Source of the DNA: an uncultured Anaerolineaceae bacterium
Lineage (GTDB): Bacteria > Chloroflexota > Anaerolineae > JAAYZQ01
NCBI GenBank assembly: GCA_964452125.1
Contig: CAYVLO010000003.1
Location: 1-32,692, forward strand
DNA: 32,692 nucleotides
Direction: 5' to 3'
In this document: positions 13,419 through 22,737 of the stretch, piece by piece
Position numbering within the stretch: position 1 is the first letter of the stretch
How the letters are laid out: each line of letters starts with the position of its first letter
Notes under the pieces: generated by a model
What the model saw: only the letters and a program-made list of their open reading frames with translations
Database searches by the model: none
Told to the model about the DNA's origin: nothing
Made by a program: the position numbers and the translations under genes

Positions 13419-14351
13419 ATGACCAACCTGGAAATGGATAACCACGAACCCAGCGCCCCCACAGAATCGGAGCTGGAGATGTGGATGGCGCAGGGACCAG
13501 AGTCTACTGATTTGCAAACACAACTTAGCCGGCGCAAGTTTCTGACTGGCGCGGTTGCCGGTGGAGCCGCCGGTTTGGCCGTGGCTGCCGGAACGGGCGT
13601 CTCTGTCTGGCAGGTCAGCGACGCCCAGAAACAGGTCGCGTTGGCCGATGCCGATGCCGAAATCGCCCGACTCCGCGGCCTGCTGGATCTGTACGTAAAC
13701 CTGGAAAAGATCGGGCTGGATGCCATCCTGGCTACCGGTATCAAGGCATTGGCGCTGCCCCTGGCTGCCATCGAAGCCGGGGCTAAAGCCCTCAAGGCAG
13801 GGCTGGATTGGGTCGAAGGCGCCCTACTCTCGCTGCAAACTTCCCTGCCCACTGCCGAAGAGTCTCTCCTCTGGTTGGAGGATCAGGTCCTGGCTCTGGC
13901 CAAGGGCATCCAGAAATTGGAGGAAGCGATCGGCAATGCGTTGGGCCGGGCCACCAACAACCGCGTCGCCGAGTTGCTTTCCGATTTTGCCGCGATGGTG
14001 CTGGATCACCTGCCTTTCGGCATGGGCGACAAGATCCGTCACGTACTGGACGAGATTGTGCGGCTGGTGGCCGGTATCGATGACCTCATCGCCAATACAA
14101 ACACCACAGTGCTGACCCCTTTACGCCAGAACTGGTTCTCCTCCAAGGAAGGAGAGGGCCTTGGCTCTGCCATCATCACTCCCCTGGTGCAAAAGGTGAT
14201 GGACCCTCTCGAATCGCACCTCGGAGAGCTGGCAGACCTGGCCAATGCATGGCAGCAGGATTTCCTGGCGCCGACCAATCAGGCCCTCGCCGAGCGAGAG
14301 ACCATCCGCCAACAGATTAGCCAATACAAGAGAGAACACGACCTTATCTAG
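13419..14351 (+). CDS. Hypothetical helical protein with twin-arginine (Tat) motif
   Basis: SRRKFL followed by a Gly/Ala-rich hydrophobic segment; the remainder is amphipathic and Leu-rich. GGAGG RBS. Confidence 0.75.
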   Translation: MTNLEMDNHEPSAPTESELEMWMAQGPESTDLQTQLSRRKFLTGAVAGGAAGLAVAAGTGVSVWQVSDAQKQVALADADAEIARLRGLLDLYVNLEKIGLDAILATGIKALALPLAAIEAGAKALKAGLDWVEGALLSLQTSLPTAEESLLWLEDQVLALAKGIQKLEEAIGNALGRATNNRVAELLSDFAAMVLDHLPFGMGDKIRHVLDEIVRLVAGIDDLIANTNTTVLTPLRQNWFSSKEGEGLGSAIITPLVQKVMDPLESHLGELADLANAWQQDFLAPTNQALAERETIRQQISQYKREHDLI

Positions 14352-14354
14352 TTG

Positions 14355-14397
14355 GTGATGGCAATCGTGGATCCGTTGGCTCCACGATTGTCATTGC
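14355..14397. other. Strong intergenic inverted repeat
   Basis: ATGGCAATCGTGGA (14358-14371) pairs with TCCACGATTGTCAT (14381-14394) with one G-U and a 9-nt loop; there is no U tract. Confidence 0.7.
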
Positions 14398-14418
14398 ACA
14401 CAGGAGGGAGACTGGAAC

Positions 14419-15042
14419 ATGCACGTCGAAATCATTGGATACACCCACTATGACCGCGCGAAAGGCCTCCCAGAGGCTTTGATCGAACATGCCGGACGGG
14501 CCTGTTATCGCAGCGCAGCGACCGGAGATCCCGGCAGATTTCTCCAGGCCCGGGTGCGAGAGGGACACGAATCGATCATCGAACATGCCAGCGTCACGTT
14601 CGAGATCTCGGGCATCTCGCGCGCCTGCTCCCACCAACTGGTGCGCCATCGTATCGCCAGCTACAGCCAGGAATCTCAACGTTATGTCGATATGTCCGAC
14701 CCCGAGTTCGTCGTGCCCCCCTCTGTCGCCGCCAACCCTGAGGCCGTCGAGGTATGGGACCGCTTCATGGAGCAGGTGACCGGCGCGTATCAACAACTGC
14801 GCGCCCTGGGCGTTCGTAAAGAGGACGCTCGGTTCGTACTGCCCAACGCCACGTCGACCCGTATCATCGTGACGATGAATTTCCGCTCCCTCCGACACCT
14901 GTTCCGCGTGCGCTGCGAGCGAGGCGCCCAGTGGGAGATCCGCTCCCTTGCCCTGGAAATGCTACGCCAGGTGCACTCCCTGGCGCCGGCCGTATTTGAA
15001 GATCTGTACAAAGAGTTCTTGGACCATCCCGAAACCATGTAG
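14419..15042 (+). CDS. thyX: FAD-dependent thymidylate synthase
   Basis: GHESIIEH, ThyX signature RHRIASYSQESQRY, EDARFVLP and AQWEIR. Confidence 0.97.
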   Translation: MHVEIIGYTHYDRAKGLPEALIEHAGRACYRSAATGDPGRFLQARVREGHESIIEHASVTFEISGISRACSHQLVRHRIASYSQESQRYVDMSDPEFVVPPSVAANPEAVEVWDRFMEQVTGAYQQLRALGVRKEDARFVLPNATSTRIIVTMNFRSLRHLFRVRCERGAQWEIRSLALEMLRQVHSLAPAVFEDLYKEFLDHPETM

Positions 15043-15136
15043 CGCCTTTGTTCTCCCCAAAATTTAACGGGGCCAGAGCGTCAACGGATAAACCATCTCC
15101 AAAAGCCAGAATCCATCCAATTCAACGGGATGGCCT

Positions 15137-15165
15137 TTGGCGATCTCGGTCATTTGTGGTACAAT
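15137..15165 (+). promoter_or_regulatory. Distal sigma70-type promoter upstream of the TPR gene
   Basis: TTGGCG-17 bp-TACAAT with extended TG. Confidence 0.5.
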
Positions 15166-15290
15166 GTTGCCAGGTGAACCTAACCCCTCCGAACGGCAAG
15201 GGTCCTGTTCAGCCTGTAAGCCATTGCCTTGTCCTGGGGAAAATCCACCTTCGGCGCCTGATACTTCTTGCACGTTTTCTCGCCGAATAC

Positions 15291-15319
15291 TGGCAGCGCA
15301 GAACCATCTGTGCTATAAT
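15291..15319 (+). promoter_or_regulatory. Proximal promoter of the TPR gene
   Basis: Extended -10 TGCTATAAT (15311-15319) with a weak -35 TGGCAG at 17-bp spacing. Confidence 0.55.
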
Positions 15320-15363
15320 CAGATCTTGGACCTAGAACCTTTTTGGGGTGGAGAGTGGACATC

Positions 15364-17607
15364 GTGGCTGGCGATAGAAAAACCTATGAAGCGGCGATGC
15401 AAGCGGGTCTCAATCTGGCATGGGAAGGCAAATGGGCCCAAGCTCTCGAGTCGTACAAAAGAGCCCTGGCAGAGCTCCCTGACGACCCGACAGCCCACAG
15501 TCAACTGGGCCTGGCCTATATGGAGCTGGGTCAGTTTGACCAAGCGCTCGAAGCCTATCATCGCGCCAGCCAACTGGCCCCCAACGATCCGGCTCCTTTA
15601 CTTCGGTTGGTAGACATTCATGAGCGGTTGAAACACCCTCACGCTGCAGCCGATATGCTGGTTGCCATTGCCGAGATCAGAAGCCAGCATAAAGCATGGA
15701 CAGAGGCCATCCAGAGCCTTCAAAAAGCCATCAAGTTCAATCCCGAACAGATCCACGCGCACAAGATGTTGGCCGAAATCTATACGCAACTCGACCAGAA
15801 ACAGCGGGCATCCAAGCAATACGTGCAGTTGGCCCGCGTACTGCAAGGCCAGAATCAGATTGACGAAGCGATGGAGCAGTGCGCCCAGGCCATGGCTTTG
15901 GACGGGCACAACGCAGAGGCAAGGGCTCTGGCCGAGGCGCTGCACCTGGGTATCAGCCCTCAGCGCGTAACGCCAAGTCGCCGATGTGAAGACGGAGGCA
16001 GCCCGGTAGATATCGCACGAGATCAGGCGTTGGAGGAATTGGCCGGCATCCCCTTTGAAGATCAGCCAGTCGAATTTCGCCTCGAATCAGATGTGACACC
16101 ACCAGACCAGACTCTACCTCCCGCCTCCCCCACCCCTTTAAGCCGAGCGCAGATCGACGCCCTTATCGCCCAGGCCATTGAGTTTCAGACCCGAGGCTTG
16201 CTCGACGAAGCGATTTCGTGCTACACCAAAGTGATCGACGCGGGAGTAGACCGGCCGGCAGCCCGCTTTAACCTGGGTCTGCTCTTCCAACAGCGATTGC
16301 GCTTTGAGGCGGCCATCGTCGAGCTCTCCAAATCGGTCCAGCATCCGACGTACGCCCTGGGCAGCCATTTCGCCTTGGGCGAATGTTATCGCGCACTGGG
16401 CCGCATCGACGACGCCCTCGAACATTTCATTGAAGCACTCAAAATCGTGGATCTGGGTACCGTAGCCCGCGACCAAGCCGACGACCTGATGCAACTGTAC
16501 GATGCCCTGGCCGATAGCTACATTGCCAAGGGAGATCGGGACAAAGCCCTGGAATTCACCAATTCTCTCATCGAGTTCCTGTCATCCAAAGGGTGGGAAG
16601 ACAAGGCGCGCGAGGCTCGACGGCGAATCGACAGCCTTTCGCTGGAAGGAGCTCTCTCTAGCCTTGCCGAACTCCTTACAGCGCCCGATGCGGAGGTACT
16701 TCTCTCGGCTGTCTCCCTTGCTCAGGAATATGTCAAGCGTGGGGCCCTGGCTGCCGCCACGGAGGTCTGTTTCAAAGGGATTTTGGCAGCACCCACCTAC
16801 CTGCCCCTGCACCTACGACTTGCCGAAATCCTTGTGCAGGCTGGGCAAGTTGACGACGCGGTGACCAAATTCCAGACCGTAGCCAACCTGTACCTTGTTC
16901 GCAAGGAAACGCGCCAGGCCATCAACGTGTACAAACGACTGCTGCAATTGATGCCCTTGGATGTGGCTGCCCATTCCCGCCTGATTAACCTGTTAATGAG
17001 CAGCGGCGAAATCGACGAAGCGGTCGAGCAGTACATGCAGTTGGCCGATACCTACTTTCAACTGGCCCAGCCTGACAAAGCCATAGAGAAATACGCAGAG
17101 GCGCTGAGGCTTACCCCACGGACTATGGACGAAAAGGGCTGGAAGACGCGTGTCCTGCGCCAGATGGCAGATGTTCAGGCACGCAGAGCAAACTGGAGAG
17201 AAGCGCGCCAACTCTATTTGCAGCTTTTGGCGCTCGATCCTGACGATGACCGGTCTCACCTCCACACAATCGATCTGAGCTTTAAACTGGATCAGGCCCA
17301 ACAAGCCGATCAGCATGTGGTGGCCCTGATCAATCGCTACGAAGCACAAGGGAAACGGCAAGAGATCATCGCCCTTTTGCAGGAGGCCACACGCCTCCAG
17401 CCTCAACAGATGTCGCTGCGTGCTCGTCTGGCCCAGGTCTATCTAAGTGCTGGATTGCGCGACCAAGCCATCGAGGAGCTGGATACATTGGGCGAGCTGC
17501 AACTTGATGCAGGGTTGAAACAGCAGGCCCTCACCACCATCAAGTTCATCATCTCCCTCAAACCCAGGAATGTGGAGGACTATCAGCAACTGCTGTCGCA
17601 GATATAA
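15364..17607 (+). CDS. Large tetratricopeptide repeat protein
   Basis: Many TPR-like units (e.g. AHSQLGLAYMELGQFDQALEAYHRASQLAP, ARFNLGLLFQQ, SHFALGECYRALG) with a Pro-rich linker. Start GTG 15364 chosen from the GGAG RBS; the start is uncertain. Confidence 0.88.
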   Translation: MAGDRKTYEAAMQAGLNLAWEGKWAQALESYKRALAELPDDPTAHSQLGLAYMELGQFDQALEAYHRASQLAPNDPAPLLRLVDIHERLKHPHAAADMLVAIAEIRSQHKAWTEAIQSLQKAIKFNPEQIHAHKMLAEIYTQLDQKQRASKQYVQLARVLQGQNQIDEAMEQCAQAMALDGHNAEARALAEALHLGISPQRVTPSRRCEDGGSPVDIARDQALEELAGIPFEDQPVEFRLESDVTPPDQTLPPASPTPLSRAQIDALIAQAIEFQTRGLLDEAISCYTKVIDAGVDRPAARFNLGLLFQQRLRFEAAIVELSKSVQHPTYALGSHFALGECYRALGRIDDALEHFIEALKIVDLGTVARDQADDLMQLYDALADSYIAKGDRDKALEFTNSLIEFLSSKGWEDKAREARRRIDSLSLEGALSSLAELLTAPDAEVLLSAVSLAQEYVKRGALAAATEVCFKGILAAPTYLPLHLRLAEILVQAGQVDDAVTKFQTVANLYLVRKETRQAINVYKRLLQLMPLDVAAHSRLINLLMSSGEIDEAVEQYMQLADTYFQLAQPDKAIEKYAEALRLTPRTMDEKGWKTRVLRQMADVQARRANWREARQLYLQLLALDPDDDRSHLHTIDLSFKLDQAQQADQHVVALINRYEAQGKRQEIIALLQEATRLQPQQMSLRARLAQVYLSAGLRDQAIEELDTLGELQLDAGLKQQALTTIKFIISLKPRNVEDYQQLLSQI

Positions 17608-17734
17608 TGGCGCACGGGCGCGATGTCACGCACCAGCCATATGCAAGGCAAACCGCCCCCATGCCTGTTCATGAGCCCGCAGAAAGCAGGAACCCCTTCC
17701 TCATGGGCTCGTCATCTTTCGGTGGAGTAGATTC

Positions 17735-18568
17735 GTGACAGATGTATTGTGGGTGTTATCCCAGATCGATTGGATAGATATCGTTGACATCTTGCTTGTA
17801 TCAACGGTTTTCTACCTATTGTTCTCCATGGCCCAGGGGACACAAGCCGTGCAATTGCTGCGCGGCATGATGCTCGTCACCCTGGTCGCCTTTGTTCTGA
17901 GTCAGATCCTGCCCTTCAAAGGGTTTAGCTGGTTGATCAGGAATGCGTTGCCCGCCCTGTTGATCGCCATTCCGGTGATCTTTCAGCCCGAATTGCGGCG
18001 AGCGCTAGAACGGTTGGGACGCACCGGCAACTTGTTGACTCGCAAGCAGCAGACCGAAGAGGTGGAAAAGACCATCACTGAAGTAGCCCGTGCTGCGCAT
18101 CGTATGTCTGCCGTGCGCCATGGTGCACTGATCGTCTTTGAGCGAGAAACCGGCCTGCAAGAGTTTATCGAGACGGGCATCCTCATCGACGCCGACGTAC
18201 AGGCAGAACTACTGCGCACGATCTTTCATCCCAACACTGCCCTGCACGACCAAGCTGTGATCGTTCGCGATAACCGCATTGTGGCGGCCAAGTGCACACT
18301 GCCTGCCACGCAGAACATCCAATACAGTGGGCTGGGAACCCGCCATCGGGCGGCCATCGGAGTGACAGAAGAGAGCGACGCTCTAGTGGTCGTCGTGTCA
18401 GAAGAGACCGGGATCATCTCTGTGGCGTACAACGGTCGTATTGTACGCCGCCTGGACATCCATCAGTTGCAGGGGATACTCCTGGCTTTCTTCCAGCACC
18501 GGTTGGGGGGATGGGATTGGACCAGACAGGTAGAACAGGAACAAGCTAGCGAGACAGCAAAGGGATAA
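17735..18568 (+). CDS. cdaA: Diadenylate cyclase (CdaA/DacA type)
   Basis: Three N-terminal TM helices, IFQPELRRALERLG, GALIVFER, LHDQAV (normally DGA), GTRHRAAIG and VSEETG. Confidence 0.9.
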   Translation: MTDVLWVLSQIDWIDIVDILLVSTVFYLLFSMAQGTQAVQLLRGMMLVTLVAFVLSQILPFKGFSWLIRNALPALLIAIPVIFQPELRRALERLGRTGNLLTRKQQTEEVEKTITEVARAAHRMSAVRHGALIVFERETGLQEFIETGILIDADVQAELLRTIFHPNTALHDQAVIVRDNRIVAAKCTLPATQNIQYSGLGTRHRAAIGVTEESDALVVVVSEETGIISVAYNGRIVRRLDIHQLQGILLAFFQHRLGGWDWTRQVEQEQASETAKG

Positions 18569-19100
18569 TGACCTGAGCGAGTTCAGCCTGGGTCACTGCT
18601 CCGACGAAATGGTGAACCAGATTGCCCTTCTGGTCCACGACAAAGGTCTCGGGAACGCCTGTCACACCATAGAGTCGCGACGTGCGGTTACCCGGCTCGA
18701 TGGCAGTGGGATAACTGACACCAAACTCGGTCATAAAGGCCTTGGCTGCCGATTCCACATCTTTGTAGGCAATGCCAAAGAATTGGACACCCTGCCCCTG
18801 GTAGGCTCGCCAAGTCGCTTCCAGGGCAGCCGCTTCGTGGCGACAGGGATCGCACCAACTGGCGAAAAAGTTCACCACCACTACGTTCCCCCGCTGAGCG
18901 GCAAGGGCCATGGGAGTGCCGTCAAGAGCCGAAAGTTGAAAGTCGGGAGCCGGACTCCCTACCTCCAGCCGGGAACCGGGTTGTGCCAGGAGGCCATACA
19001 CCAAAGCAGCCGCCACAAGCGCAATGGCCACGCCAGCGGCCACCAAGGTGGGCGACACCCGGCGGCGACTTGGTTCTTGAGACATCGGTGATGGGTCCAT
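18546..19100 (-). CDS. TlpA/ResA-family membrane-anchored thiol-disulfide oxidoreductase
   Basis: N-terminal TM, APDFQL, NFFASWCDPC and GVPETFVVD; AGGAG RBS before ATG 19100. Its 3' end overlaps cdaA convergently by 23 bp. Confidence 0.9.
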   Translation of the reverse strand: MDPSPMSQEPSRRRVSPTLVAAGVAIALVAAALVYGLLAQPGSRLEVGSPAPDFQLSALDGTPMALAAQRGNVVVVNFFASWCDPCRHEAAALEATWRAYQGQGVQFFGIAYKDVESAAKAFMTEFGVSYPTAIEPGNRTSRLYGVTGVPETFVVDQKGNLVHHFVGAVTQAELAQVIIPLLSR

Positions 19101-19215
19101 TCTCGCACTCCTGAGCAATTTATCGGACATTGTACCCGAAATTGGGGCCACTGTCCAATGCAGCCGAGGTACAGGGCCTGGGGTGACCAAACAGAACAAG
19201 AGAGTGTACTAGACT

Positions 19216-19887
19216 GTGAGAACAAAGAGCAACACCCTGTTCCGCATTTTGCCGATAGTGACCCTGGCGCTCGGCGGCATGCTTCTTCTCTGGATCGCAT
19301 TAGCCCCTGCCGAGGCCCGACTGGGGAACCTGATCAAACTCGTGTACGTCCACGGAGCGCTCGTGATGGTGGGCCTTGTCACGTTTTCGGTGGCTGGCCT
19401 TCTAGGTCTGGTGGCTCTGGGTACCCGCCGTCCCATCTGGTATCGCGGCACTGGCGCGGCAGGCACAGCGGCCCTGATCATCTGGGTGCTCTACGTCGTC
19501 TCGGCCGTGGTCGTGACCGGCCTGGCTTGGGGTCAGTGGGTCGCATGGAACGAGCCCAGGGTACGGGCTACCCTCATGATTCTTGTCGCAGCGCTCACCC
19601 TGGCCCTGGTGACACGACTGGTCGCCCACCCGAACTTTACCGCTCTGGTCAATCTGGTCATGGGCATAGTCCCCTGGATCGTGACCCGGCAAGCCGAGGT
19701 CATCCGCCATCCCGTGGATCCCATTGGCGGATCTGAATCTGCCGCCATCCAAATCTTTTACCTCCTCATTGTTCTCACGGTGGCCGGCCTGGCGGCCACG
19801 CTGATCGCCGGACTCTGGCTCAGGCCAGAGAAAAGCACCCCGGTAGAATTCACACCGTCGCCATCCACAGATGGAAAGTCGACCTAG
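19216..19887 (+). CDS. CcmC-like heme-handling membrane protein (cytochrome c assembly family)
   Basis: About 6 TMs, YVH, a Trp-rich WWD-like motif AWGQWVAWNEPR and a downstream RHP. Confidence 0.7.
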   Translation: MRTKSNTLFRILPIVTLALGGMLLLWIALAPAEARLGNLIKLVYVHGALVMVGLVTFSVAGLLGLVALGTRRPIWYRGTGAAGTAALIIWVLYVVSAVVVTGLAWGQWVAWNEPRVRATLMILVAALTLALVTRLVAHPNFTALVNLVMGIVPWIVTRQAEVIRHPVDPIGGSESAAIQIFYLLIVLTVAGLAATLIAGLWLRPEKSTPVEFTPSPSTDGKST

Positions 19888-19909
19888 CTATCGAGAGGGA
19901 ATTGTACTA

Positions 19910-21610
19910 ATGGATGCCACCAAGATCATCACTGTTCAACAAATGCAAGAACTGGAACAAAAGGCCGATGAGGGTGGATTGAGCTACGCCACCATGATGG
20001 AGAATGCAGGTCGGTGTACGGCCCAGGCCGTCTTGCAGCGCCGTTCGGCCAAGAACCGCTGCGTCGTTTTGCTCATTGGGCCGGGCAACAACGGCGGCGA
20101 CGGGCTGGTTGCCGCCCATTACCTGCACGAGGCAGGTGTACCCGTCTGCTGCTACATCTGGAAGCGGGAGGCAAAGGAGGATGCGAACCTGCAGCGCATC
20201 GAACAGGACGGCGCTTCGATCATCTGGTGCGAGGATGACACCAACCTGGAGGCGCTGCGAGGGCTGTTGTCGGGCGCGGAGGTGGTCGTCGATGCCCTTC
20301 TGGGCATAGGTGTGTCGCGCCCCATCGGCGGCACCCTGGGCGACATTCTCGACGTAACCCGCCAGGCATTGGCCGACCGAGTCGCCCCCGGCGAACTTGC
20401 CGAGATCCTGCCCGCCGCTCTCCATGCGGGTACTCCCCTGGTCGTCGCCGTCGACTGCCCCACGGGCCTGGATTGCGACAGCGGCGAGTTGGACCCAGCC
20501 GCCCTGCATGCCGATCTGACGATCACCTTCGCCCACCCCAAAACCGGACTGCTGCGATTCCCGGGCGCCGATGCCGTCGGCGAACTGGTCGTGGCGAACA
20601 TTGGCATCCCCGCCGAACTCACCGCCGATGCCCCTCTGGAGATGGCCACGCCGCATCGCGTCGCCTCCTGGTTACCCGACAGGCCTCGGTCGGCCCACAA
20701 GGGCACCTGTGGGTCGGCTCTGATCGTGGCCGGATCGGTGAACTATGTCGGCGCTGCGGCCCTGTCTGGGGCGGGGGCCTATCGCGTGGGAACGGGGCTG
20801 GTGACTCTGGCTCTGCCCACTCCCATCCAATCGGCCGTCGCCGCCACCCTCACCGAGGCCACCTATCTGCTCCTGCCCCATGATATGGGTGTGATTACTC
20901 CCGCAGCCGTTGGAGTATTGGAGGAAAGACTAGCCAATTATGACGCCCTTTTGGTAGGACCGGGCCTGACCGACGAAAAGGAAGCGGTGGCTTTTGTCCA
21001 CGCCCTGCTGGGCCTGGAGTCCGACCGCCGCAAGGGGCACATTGGGTTCCTGGCCAACCAGGAGAACGAACGGTCGAGACCTGCTCTCCCTCCCCTCGTC
21101 ATCGACGCCGACGGCCTCAATGCCCTGGCCCGCCACGATCAATGGTGGCATGCCCTGCCTTCCGAGACGATCTTGACGCCGCATCCCGGCGAGATGGTCC
21201 GTCTCATGGGCGGGGAGATCACGACCCGGAAGATCCAGGCCGACCGCGAGGGGATCGCCCGCCGCATGGCCCAGGAATGGGACGCGGTCCTCGTCCTGAA
21301 AGGGGCCTTTACCGTGATCGCGGCGCCCGACGGGCGGGTTGCCGTCTTGCCCTTTGCCAACCCCGGACTCGCCACGGCGGGGAGCGGAGATGTGTTGGCC
21401 GGCGCCATTGTCGGGCTGCGCGCCCAAGGTGTGGGAGCCTATGAGGCCGCTGTGGCAGGGGCCTACCTGCACGCGGCTGCCGGCGAGATTGCCCGAAGCG
21501 AGATGGGTTGCATGGGCACGATGGCCAGCGATCTGTTGCCCCGCCTGCCCCGAGCCCTTCAACGCATTCGGCCTCTGGCCCTCGGGAACCTAACCCCGAT
21601 TAGGAGATAG
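19910..21610 (+). CDS. nnr: Bifunctional NAD(P)H-hydrate epimerase/dehydratase
   Basis: MENAG, GPGNNGGDG, VDCPTG, AHKG, IDADGLN, LTPHPGEM and LATAGSGDVLAG. Confidence 0.95.
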   Translation: MDATKIITVQQMQELEQKADEGGLSYATMMENAGRCTAQAVLQRRSAKNRCVVLLIGPGNNGGDGLVAAHYLHEAGVPVCCYIWKREAKEDANLQRIEQDGASIIWCEDDTNLEALRGLLSGAEVVVDALLGIGVSRPIGGTLGDILDVTRQALADRVAPGELAEILPAALHAGTPLVVAVDCPTGLDCDSGELDPAALHADLTITFAHPKTGLLRFPGADAVGELVVANIGIPAELTADAPLEMATPHRVASWLPDRPRSAHKGTCGSALIVAGSVNYVGAAALSGAGAYRVGTGLVTLALPTPIQSAVAATLTEATYLLLPHDMGVITPAAVGVLEERLANYDALLVGPGLTDEKEAVAFVHALLGLESDRRKGHIGFLANQENERSRPALPPLVIDADGLNALARHDQWWHALPSETILTPHPGEMVRLMGGEITTRKIQADREGIARRMAQEWDAVLVLKGAFTVIAAPDGRVAVLPFANPGLATAGSGDVLAGAIVGLRAQGVGAYEAAVAGAYLHAAAGEIARSEMGCMGTMASDLLPRLPRALQRIRPLALGNLTPIRR

Positions 21611-21614
21611 ACAG

Positions 21615-22511
21615 ATGATTACCAGCCTGCAGCAGATCGTCGAATTGGCCCAGCAGAATCCACCGGTACGTGTGGCAGTAGCCGCTGCCGCCCACAAGCT
21701 CGTGCTCGAATCGGTGCACCGGGCCGTCCAACAAGGGCTCATTATCCCCTTGCTGATCGGCCGCGAGGAGGATATCCGCGCCCAGGCATGTGAGATCGGC
21801 TGGGAGCTATGTGAGGAGCAGATTGTACCCACCGAGACCAACAAAGCATCGGCCACCGCGGCAGTCGAACTTGTCCGTGAGGGCAAAGCCGACGTTGTGA
21901 TGAAAGGCTACCTGCACACCGATGAGATGCTTCGCGCCGTGCTCCAGGCTGACCGCGGGCTGCGCACCGATCGATTGCTCACCCACGTCTTTGTCCTGGA
22001 GGTACCCACCTACCACAAACTGCTGCTGATCACCGATGCGGCCATCAACATCCAGCCAACGATTACAGACAAGGCCGCCATCACCCAAAACGCCATCGAT
22101 CTGGCCCGCAAATTAGGTGTCGAAAGGCCCAAAGTGGCCGCCCTGTCATCGGTGGAAACCATCAATCCCAACATTCCTTCGACCGTGCACGCCGCCTGCC
22201 TGAGCAAGATGGCCGAACGGGGCCAGATTAGGGGAGCCATCGTCGATGGGCCGTTGGCGTTCGACAACGCCATTTCGGCGGAAGCCGCCCGCGACAAGGG
22301 GATCGTCAGCCCCGTTTCTGGGGATGTAGATATCGTTGTCGTGCCCGATCTGGATTCGGGCAATATCCTGGCGAAAAACCTGGAATACCTGGCCTCGGCC
22401 AAAATGGCGGGCATTGTCATAGGGGCGACGGCGCCGGTGGTGCTCACTTCGCGCTCTGACCCGCCCCGCGCGCGGGTCTATTCCCTCGCCCTGGCAAGCC
22501 TGCTGTGCTAA
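21615..22511 (+). CDS. Phosphate butyryl/acetyltransferase
   Basis: MKGYLHT, ITDAAINI, VDGPLAFDNAIS, PDLDSGNILAK and PVVLTSRSD; AGGAG RBS. Confidence 0.9.
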   Translation: MITSLQQIVELAQQNPPVRVAVAAAAHKLVLESVHRAVQQGLIIPLLIGREEDIRAQACEIGWELCEEQIVPTETNKASATAAVELVREGKADVVMKGYLHTDEMLRAVLQADRGLRTDRLLTHVFVLEVPTYHKLLLITDAAINIQPTITDKAAITQNAIDLARKLGVERPKVAALSSVETINPNIPSTVHAACLSKMAERGQIRGAIVDGPLAFDNAISAEAARDKGIVSPVSGDVDIVVVPDLDSGNILAKNLEYLASAKMAGIVIGATAPVVLTSRSDPPRARVYSLALASLLC

Positions 22512-22737
22512 CTCATCGACGAACCAAGAGTGCGCGCCACGCTGTTTTCTGCTACCTGTCAGGTGGATGCCATTGGTCAGATCAGTGGCGGCCCGACAGT
22601 CGGCGCCATCGGCAATCTATCCATCCGGGCCGCGTTGGTCGCCTCTTCCCTCATCCTGTCACCAGTATTGCCTCTCTACGCAGCCGCCATCCGACGCATT
22701 CGGGGTTCGAGAGAGGGCTGAGCCGGATTCCAGAAAG

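Noticed and set aside
15281-15352. c-di-AMP (ydaO) riboswitch-like fragments (CGCCGAAT...GAACC...TGGGGTG) upstream of TPR-cdaA
   Set aside because: The conserved 3' half is missing, and the segment contains a promoter and the RBS.
22512-22737. Small gene or RNA between the convergent acyltransferase and membrane-protein genes
   Set aside because: There are only short ORFs without convincing RBS or motifs, and no clear structure.
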